A stretch of DNA of 64,000 bases from Rotaria socialis (Eukaryota), in contig CAJNYD010000117.1 in assembly GCA_905331295.1 (NCBI GenBank), forward strand, positions 1 through 64,000, read 5' to 3'. Shown one piece after another: positions 55,801-64,000 of the stretch. The position numbers and the translations under genes are program-made. Every line of letters starts with the position of its first letter. The first letter of the stretch is position 1. The notes beneath the pieces are model-generated. The model worked only from the letters and a program-made list of their open reading frames with translations. It was not told where the DNA came from and did no database searches.

Positions 55801-56733
55801 AATGAATCGATAAGGTATTGAATCCAATCTTGATGGATTTTGAGGAATTCGATCTAACGATGCTGATCGAGTTCGAAGCGCTTTTGGATTATCGTAGGGA
55901 ATTAATTTTCGTCGCTAAAAAATTGCGGAAAAAATTTTGATGTCATTTTTTATCGAAATTCAATATACTTTTGATTGATCGCGTGGTCTCGTTGGTTCAT
56001 GATGGTGTTGATTAATTGAGCATAGATAACAAAATGTATGTCCGTGATCGTCAGAAAAATCTATACAAATAAATTTTTCTTGATTAACAGCATTTTGTTT
56101 TGTGAAAATATTAAGAAAACCTGTTTGATGAATTCCGGTGACATAGGGTTCTATTGTTTTATCAGCAAATAGAACGCCTGAATTCATCCATTGTGTATTA
56201 GTATTGCAAATCGGAGGTTTTGTCTGTATTTGGTTTTCGCTGACTGAATACAATGGTTCGAATTCATATCGACGAGCAATGATTTCTAAATCACTTGCAT
56301 TACTGAAGTCTAAAGAAACACAATAATACGAACATATATATTCTTCATTTGTGTATTTACTAGTTTTATTTGTATCAGTGAACGAAGCATAACTGGACGA
56401 ATTAAAATGATCACCAAATGGAAGCGTCCATGGAACATCGCCTCCAATGTATTTGACATCCATCTGTTGAATGTATTTGTCAAGATAGTGTGCTGTTGTT
56501 AAGTTGCCATTAGTTTGAAAAATACCTTGGCGATGACTTCGTTTGGCTACGAGAGAAAAGAACAAAAAAAAGATAGATATTTGCGTTCTGTTCTCTTTCT
56601 TGATCAAACAACAAAAATCTACGAACAACATATAACGGAGAATTAATTCAACACATGTGCTGGTTTTACCATAGGGGAATTTTCGATTGAAATGAGTTAT
56701 GAAAAGCAGCCGTTTTTTATCGGAAAAGTGCAC
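52846..56733 (-). CDS. PLAT/LH2-repeat protein (LOXHD1-like, three PLAT domains) with long Ser/Lys/Arg-rich C-terminal tail; 5' end uncertain
   Basis: GPDIGQLHYLNV...WFLKEIEI...FNCWL; VRTGGKPFAGTDSNIQVTIRG...DIGDL...FPFNTWL; VKTGKDFGAGTDANVFIIIYG...DVGKIDRIKVWHDNSGVGAAWLLDSI; last exon SQVYSSAYGTTPADDF*. Confidence 0.8.
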
Positions 56734-57002
56734 ATTTTCATAGAGACAGATATGTGAAAAAGCATATAGTTTATTGTTAAAATTAAAATTTTCTGCTCTC
56801 CGAAAATAATTGATAGATACAGGTATTGTTTTGTTGGCGCTGGTTGGATCCGAATGATCATCATTGCAAAGTAGTTGACGTCTAGCTTACCAAGTCAAAA
56901 ACACTCGAGAACAGCTCTCTAAATTTTTAAATCTCGTTTGAAATAAACGTTTGGGTCATTTAAGTTACTGCTGTGGCATCTCGATCATTTAGATACGTTA
57001 AC

Positions 57003-57045
57003 ATGGGTGTGGGTGTGGTTGAGTTAAAAATACACCCACGCCCAT
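57003..57045. repeat. Hairpin of (TGTGGG)-like motifs
   Basis: ATGGGTGTGGGTGT (57003-57016) vs ACACCCACGCCCAT (57032-57045): 14-bp inverted repeat, 1 mismatch, 15-nt loop. Confidence 0.7.
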
Positions 57046-57615
57046 TATAAATTCGGAAGCAGTTCGTTTTTTCGACAATAATAGCAACAGAAATCAACAC
57101 GACCACAAGCTCCTATTGCTGCAACTTGTGGGCAACCTTCATTTCAACGTTTAATGTTTCCACACCGTATCTTAGTTTTAATTTTACAAAACGTGTTTCA
57201 TTACAAAATAGGATACTTTTTCATTCATCAATAGCCCAATTCGAATAATTCAGAAGCTCATTAACTGTAGTTTTTCGTTGCTTCTTGCTAAGAAGTGGTT
57301 TTGAGATTTTAGCTTTATATTCATGACTGTTTTTTTTTCAATGAAGTATTTAATCAAATAGTTATTTCACATGCAAGATATCACTCATAATTAGGCCAAT
57401 ACGTTGTCGACTATGAAAAATGCCTGTTTCTTCATTCACGTCCACACCCTTTTCGTGCTTTGCAAGCTATTCTCTCCGTACGTGCTTGAAAATAATTAAA
57501 ATCCCAATATGCAAGTGCTTTACAGCCACTCTTTCCCATAAATATATTTCAGTAAACAAATTAAAAATAGCTTACAATGGTAGAAATTCTCACATGGGTT
57601 CTATGCTAGATATCG

Positions 57616-59918
57616 CTATCTAACAATAGCTAATATCAAAGAAAAGATAAAAAAGCCCACTTGATACAAGCAGGGCGCCACTGTTCTGGTTCCACCACTT
57701 GCATAGACATGTTTTTCAATGTAACGAAGTAGGGCTGATAGAGCAGCCAATGTTTCTTCACCAGTCGGAATGATTTGATCGGCGGGCAGTAAAAATCCAA
57801 ATGTACCTATTGAAAAAGTATAGAACTAATAGTTGGTCAACCTTATTCAATTAAACTTACCAGTATCACGAAGTTCAACACCATAGCTAAATGTGATATT
57901 TAATGCACCATACGTCCAATCTATTGAACTACCCGATGCAACGTAGATAATTTGAGCAATACTGTCATGGTGATATTGGGTACCTTTATATTTGAAAAAA
58001 ATTCGTCTCACAACAGCGACTATTTCAAAGTAGACAAACCATGTACAGCACGAAGTGCATTGACGGCTTGAATTGAGCCGTCATCTTGTAGTTTGAAGTG
58101 TGGCGGTGGCGTGGCTGTATAAGCTGAAAGAAAAATTAGGAACGATGAGATTGAAACTGAAAAGGAGGAGAGCGGATAAGGCCGCTAGGTACACCTAAAT
58201 GTTTTCAACTTGATTCTCCGACAAACAATATTAACGACTTTTTTGCCTCGAGTACCCACAGTTATCATCGAAAAAGCAATTTATTCGTTCACGAAACAAA
58301 GTCAGGTTTAGTTGTACATTTAAGAGTGAGGCCTATGAAAATTACAATAGGAGTTCCAAATACTCCTTTGCTACCTATAAAGTTCAAACCACTGTCTGGA
58401 CCTCGTTTTTCATTGTCGCAACACTCAAAGAGACCTCGACATTTTAACGAATAGTTGTTCCATGAGGGCATCAACAATGAAAAATAAGATCCAGAAAGTG
58501 GTGCGAACTTAAGAAGGAATTAAGGAGTTTCCCATGATACCTGTGGGTTATCCGAGGCAAAAAAGTCGTTAATATCGTTTTTCGGGAAATCAAGTTAAAA
58601 CAGTTGGAGGCTGCCAAACGGCTTTATCTGCCGGTCTTCTTTGAAATTTACCCCATGCTGACATCCCCAATTGTGAGAATGCATGAAAATTGATGTAGTG
58701 CACAATTGTATCCTGGCGATCCATGATAAATTTTGCTACTTGAGCTACTTCAATTTCTGAAAATGCTTTATCACCACAGAAACTATCCGAACAAGGATCC
58801 TGTGAAGCACCATCTACAATCATTGTTATGTGAAAATAAATGCACAACAATAGTCAAGTGACAAACTCACTTTCACACCAATGATAATCCCAATTACGAT
58901 TGGGATCAACGCCATAACAAGAAGCATTCGATGTTGGACTACGCGTTTTACGCCATAATCGATCTTGAACAAGCAACAAATTTTTAATGTCTAGTAAATT
59001 TACTCTGTGCAAATGTTAAGTCTCACCTGTTGTCCATGTATATGCATAGCCGTCAACATTGAATACAGGCAAAATATAATAATCGAATTGATCAACTAAA
59101 TGAGTGATATCCGAATCATGACCGTACTTTGACAAAAGAGAGTAGGCAATGTAGATGACTGTTGCTGAACTGATCCATTCTCGAGAGTGAATACCTACAC
59201 AGGGATCAAGTCGTAAACAGATAGGATTGAAAAAGCTAACAACAACAAACATCCGTCCCACCAGACAGCCTTCTTTGCAGCAACTTTGGTGCCATCGTGT
59301 TTAGCTGCTGTTTTGCTTGATGAAATTTTAAAGCCTCTAACATCTCGATTTTCGTACGATTTACCAACAGTAAACGGTGTAACCATATCTGGATAAGTCG
59401 AAGTCATTTGATCAATCCAACTATGAATCTCTTCTAGAGTATGGTACGTGTCATAGGCAAAATCATTTAGTTTTGACGATGATCGAGATATTTTGGGCAT
59501 AATACTTTGCCTCTCAACTATTTCCCCGATGTCATTCATATGTATCACATATTCGATTTTCACGCCGTCCGATGCCAAGAAATCAGCGAAATAATTAAAT
59601 GCTTCTGGTGGTACACGAGCATCAATCTATTTGAGAAGAAAAACAAGAAAAATGACCTTGCGTTGATCAATTGTTAATAGCGGGAAACGCACTTGAATAA
59701 GAACTTACTGGTGCATAGATGTTTAGGTGTTCCGACCAAAAGTCGATATCGTACAGATAAGCTATATGTTTAAAGGCGGCTATTTTAGCAATTTGTGCAT
59801 TGTTAGTGAGACGCAAACGCCATAGTTGATGCTTTGCGTACGATTTAGAATAGTCCCCGTTGACAAAAACGCTCATGAATAGAACGAGAACGATGGCAGT
59901 GCAAGACAAAGTTCTCAT
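57616..59918 (-). CDS. Metallocarboxypeptidase M14A (carboxypeptidase A-type) with signal peptide, pro-domain and hydrophobic C-terminal extension
   Basis: [21 protein letters not shown]; pro-domain QLWRL...IDFW; GIHSREW (Zn ligands), [57 protein letters not shown]; stop TAG 57616-57618. Confidence 0.92.
58161..58642. mobile_element. MITE with ~100-bp imperfect TIRs filling a carboxypeptidase intron
   Basis: Left ...GCGGATAAGGCCG...AACTTGATT...ATATTAACGACTTTTTTGCCTCG...ACCCACAG..TATCAT matches the reverse complement of 58533-58632. Confidence 0.8.
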
Positions 59919-61776
59919 TCTTGTCAATGAAAATAAGCTATAGAAAACAAGAATGATGGTATGAAATGACGTTTTTTTCTTACATATATATATCAACAAA
60001 AGATAATAGAAACAACAGATAAAAGTTTATTATTCTTGTCATTCGTTTCGATTATAAAAAGAAAGCAAAAACGGTGACGTGGTATTAATGCAACAAATAG
60101 TATGATCAATATGACAAAGCAAATAGTATCCGAGTATACATAGATATACAGTGTTTTCGTATGATTCATTGTAATCTAATATTAACCAGAGAAGGCTCTC
60201 AAACGTGAATCGTTCATCAAGCTGATACTTTGCTCGTAAACAGGGTCCGATGAGACTATAGTAGAAGTTTAGAAGAGCTCGTTTCAGGGCATTATCATTG
60301 AGAGCTCACCAAGTCACTAGTTTTTCATCACTATAATAAGATGCTTCCATTTGAAATATCCCCCCGAGATGTTAAACCAATATGGTCTTTGCAATATTTT
60401 TAAAACTGACGACAAAAAACAAATGTTATTCTCCGAGTATAGAATGTCGGACACACTTGTTTTTATTTCTCCTTCAGAAGCATGATCGTGTTTGAATATT
60501 CTATATTTATTACAATGATCATGTTGATTCATCTAAAGGGACGATCTGTTTTAGACTGCCTTCAACCTGCTTGGATTTGATATAATTATGTTTAAAATAT
60601 CAACTCGATGAATGATTCAAACTAGGAAATGTTCCTGCTGGCGGCTGACTTCTGCGAATTCCTGCTTGAAAATTCCACTCTAATAAGGAAACACCTCAAT
60701 ACTAAATGTATTCTTATTTTTTAAATTGATTCGTATCTGTTGATTTTGCTAATCAAAACTACTATATCACTATATTTGAATTACAGATGTTGTATTTGCA
60801 GCGAACTTAATATTGGCATTATGAATGGGGAAGTTATGTTTATGTACACCTTCTATAACATACTACATAAGAAAAAAATTCGTCAATATCGATATTTGTG
60901 TTTATTCTCGATAGCTATCAAAAGTGCAGTCGAAGAGAACGATTACGTGATCAAACCGTAAAAATACATCGGATTCGTTATCGATGAGTTAGATACGGAC
61001 CAATATTGTGTATATTTGAAGTGGCAGCAACGATAGATTTGGGTTTTTAGGCAATTCACTCTAGATATTTTGTGCGGCAACAGAAATTAGATTTTTGAGG
61101 CTGTTTTTATCGATCATTGACTTTTCTTAATTTTATAGTTTTCATGAGTGAAAAATATCACCGAAAAAAAGAATTGTAGAATAAAAAAATATTAGATTGA
61201 TTTATGAAAGTGCAACGTATAGCAAATCCTTTTCAAGCGTTTATGATAAGTTATATGACGACGATTATTGAGTTTAACTGTCATTTTCAAGGTGAATGCT
61301 AAAGCATATATACAGTGACTCAAGAGTGGTTGTGGATGTGTCCTTTTATCGCTAATAAATACCCAGATCTACTTATGAAGCAAACTTTCTGTCAGCATTT
61401 TCGAATCCATTTTTTTAAGATTTGAACCATTTGCGAAAGGAATCGGTGATAGGAGAAGTTGAGATGTATATTTTGATTTTGTGACTGATTCACTGTGGTT
61501 TCAGGGGAAAACAAATCATTGTTTTAAGTAATCCGAAACCACCTTTTCCTGTAATCCAAGTTGGGAACGCTTATTTTCCTATAAAAATATCGAAATGTCC
61601 CCATTCATGTCGTGTTTTAATGCGTCAGTTTCGATAAATATTCAGAAATCAATTCTATACGATTTCGAGCGCGTTCATACTAATAAACAATCGACACGTT
61701 TTCTGCGTCAATAAAAAGCGCGCTCTTACTTGTTTCTATTTTCATCGGCGGTACTATATAAATTTTTGCATTCACT

Positions 61777-61790
61777 GTTACTATGGTGAT
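61777..61790 (+). promoter_or_regulatory. RFX X-box-like motif upstream of the PARG-like gene
   Basis: GTTACTATGGTGAT resembles the X-box consensus GTNNCYATGGNAAC. Confidence 0.35.
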
Positions 61791-62255
61791 CCTCTAGAGT
61801 GCTGGCAGATACTACTTTGTTTATTTATATATAAGAAAGCGACGTCCTATCGTCCAGAAACAAATGTATGAATGTATTTGTTTTTACATTCTCCGATCCC
61901 ACTAGCGATCCTACACAATAATCAATAGTATTTTTCATTGGTCTATATTTTGTCCTGTTATCAAAACATTGCGGCTATAGTAATATTGAACAAAATGATA
62001 GTATGTGATTCTTTATCGCACAATAAGACATATCCAAACGGCTATGCAGTTCCAATGAAACGTGAAAATAAAGGTAAACTACCCTCCTTTTTTTGAGAAC
62101 TACCATTCATAAAAAACTTGATTTTGTTATTATGAAACATTTTAAGAGATTGAATTCTATATAGTGAGTCATTTATTTTATATTTTAACAGTCGTCTTTC
62201 TTCAATTGCATTCGCGTTTCTTTTATCTGGCAGAGAGGTTCGTCAGTGAATATCT

Positions 62256-64000
62256 ATGACAGATTCACACGATTGCCAAGATCAGACAACCATGGGCGCA
62301 TGTTTATCTGCCAAGTCCAAACTGGCAATTAAAAATACGCAGATTTCAAATGCACTTTCTGTCTATGTACCATTGGAATCTTTAACTGAGAAGACTGTTC
62401 ATTCGATTATTTCGACAGCAACGCGAGCCAGAACTTCCGATTTGAATCATAGTCGACGTACGTTACTCGCTTTTTTACTTGCCATCAACGATAAACTTCA
62501 ACAAATTGAGAAAAATGAGAATGTAACTGAACAATGCGATGAACATACCATCCAACATGCTAAACAAGTTCGTCAATGGCTTAGCAGAAAGCATTATTCG
62601 GGAAAAGCGATAGATATCGATTGGAATGACTTCAGAGCACATTTCGAGGGCATGTTCCAAGATAACGATGATGAAATTGCAAAGCGTTATCGGCTTAAGA
62701 CTCCAGAACCATATTATGAATTGGCTATCCCTGGAGTAAGCTGTTTAACATTACATTACAAGACGAAAAATTTCATTGACACATCAAGGAAAACGTTTTT
62801 TTGAAGTTCGACCGCTTTCAAAAATCTGAACAAGCCGAGAATCAAATCATTAGTTGATTGTTTTTGTTGCAAATAGACAGATATATTGTTAAACGAGAAC
62901 TAACTTTTGAAACAAAAAATGATTGAGTTCCAATAATTTCAAATAGGCAAAGCAAAAAACCTTTTCAATTTCTATTTCTATTCAGTTACATCCCCATATA
63001 GAACAATCACGTCGATACATCAACCGATTTCGTAAAGATGGTTTCAAACCAGAAGAACTGAAAGTCTATTGGAATGAGGAACAATTGGAAAATCTCTGCC
63101 CGAAACACGGACAGTGCGACAATAGTGAACAGTTCCCACCCCATGATCCATCAGATATTGATGCTATACAATATCTACGTCAATGTCCCGTTTCACAACG
63201 AAATCATGCTGTCGAAATTCGTTATGTTAATAACGGTATTCAACTTGCTGTTTTCGATGTACCAAAGGATGCTCAAATCATTGTTCTCAATTTTGCTGTA
63301 AAGGAATTCATGTTTTTAAAGATTGTTGTCGATTATAATTCAACATTTTAGAATGAAAAATCACCCGGGGGTGGCTATTTGAGACATGCCTGTAAGTATT
63401 CTTCAGCTGCTTTTATCGTGTTGAAATCAACTACTGCAAGATAATTAGTTTATCATTGTCGTGTCGGCTACCATCATTAATTTCGATGGTCTCCTTGCTT
63501 TCGCTTGTATACATTTTTACTTTTTGAAATTAATTTTGCAGGGGCACAAGAAGAAATTATTCTGTATAATTCGGATGGTTACCGAGCTCTACTCGATCTG
63601 AAATACGGACGCATGGGCGGTGGTTATGCTTTACCTGAATTTGGACTTGCTTATGTACGTGACATATGTTTTGTTCATCCCGAAACTGAACATCATCGCC
63701 TAGCTGATATGATGGTATCTGCCTGTTACTGTCTTCACTCCGCTCAACTTTATGACAATCCGAGAAGTGAAGAAGAAGTAATTTGTTTGCAGAAAAAAAA
63801 CAGCATCGTATTTAGACGAAAAACTTTGTATTTCGTTTTAGTACATAGCTTATACTACAGCCAAATTTCGCGCATTTATGGCAGCAGCTATTGCCAATAC
63901 AAAAGGTGATGGATCGAATACTTATCTTCTACTTGGACCTATAGGTACAGGTGCTTTTGGAAATGATGTCCGAAAGATCAGAAACATCTTTTATCAAGTA
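62256..64000 (+). CDS. Microbial-type poly(ADP-ribose) glycohydrolase (DUF2263/TIGR02452 macrodomain family), intron-containing, 3' end outside window
   Basis: Spliced motifs IIVLNFA|NEKSPGGGYLRHA|WAQEEIIL (GGG-X6-8-QEE PARG signature) and LLLGPIGTGAFGND; GT-AG introns in phase; second ATG at 62292 gives MGACLS. Confidence 0.85.

Noticed and set aside
60195..60310. Minus-strand ATGATAA-TGCCCT-GAAAC-GAGCTC-TTC and TTGATGA-ACG...CGT, vaguely like minimal hammerheads
   Set aside because: Core nucleotides are mismatched (no CUGANGA with a matching GAAA) and there is no stem I.

Overview
AT-rich, gene-dense eukaryotic (animal) DNA with many short (~50-70 nt) GT-AG introns. There are no prokaryotic operons, rRNA, tRNA or CRISPR arrays. 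Intron size, a 42-aa TPR array gene, TGTGGG-like motifs and an intron-containing microbial-type PARG suggest a bdelloid rotifer; this is inference, not proven. About 18 protein genes were assembled by hand by joining exons across splice sites: a TPR-array protein (5' truncated), TMEM272-like, a mucin-like single-pass protein, a DTHD1-like death-domain protein, SIL1, myosin regulatory light chain, an orphan Pro-rich/YVD-motif protein, a membrane-anchored type-B carboxylesterase, ABHD13, HERPUD, PTEN, NPC1, Smaug/SAMD4, TMEM196-like, a neuregulin/Vein-like EGFR ligand, a PLAT-repeat protein, a carboxypeptidase A-type M14A enzyme, and a DUF2263/TIGR02452 microbial-type PARG (3' truncated). Several MITEs with clear TIRs lie in introns and intergenic DNA. 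Main leads: (1) Smaug-recognition-element hairpins (CUGGC and CCGGUG loops) in the Smaug gene's own 3' UTR, suggesting autoregulation. (2) A probably horizontally acquired, intron-containing PARG with an MGxCxS dual-acylation N-terminus and an X-box-like promoter motif. (3) An operon-like HERPUD->ABHD13 tandem with only 192 bp between stop and start. (4) A pro-domain carboxypeptidase A with a GPI-anchor-like tail. Gene coordinates span start to stop including introns; some 5' ends are uncertain.
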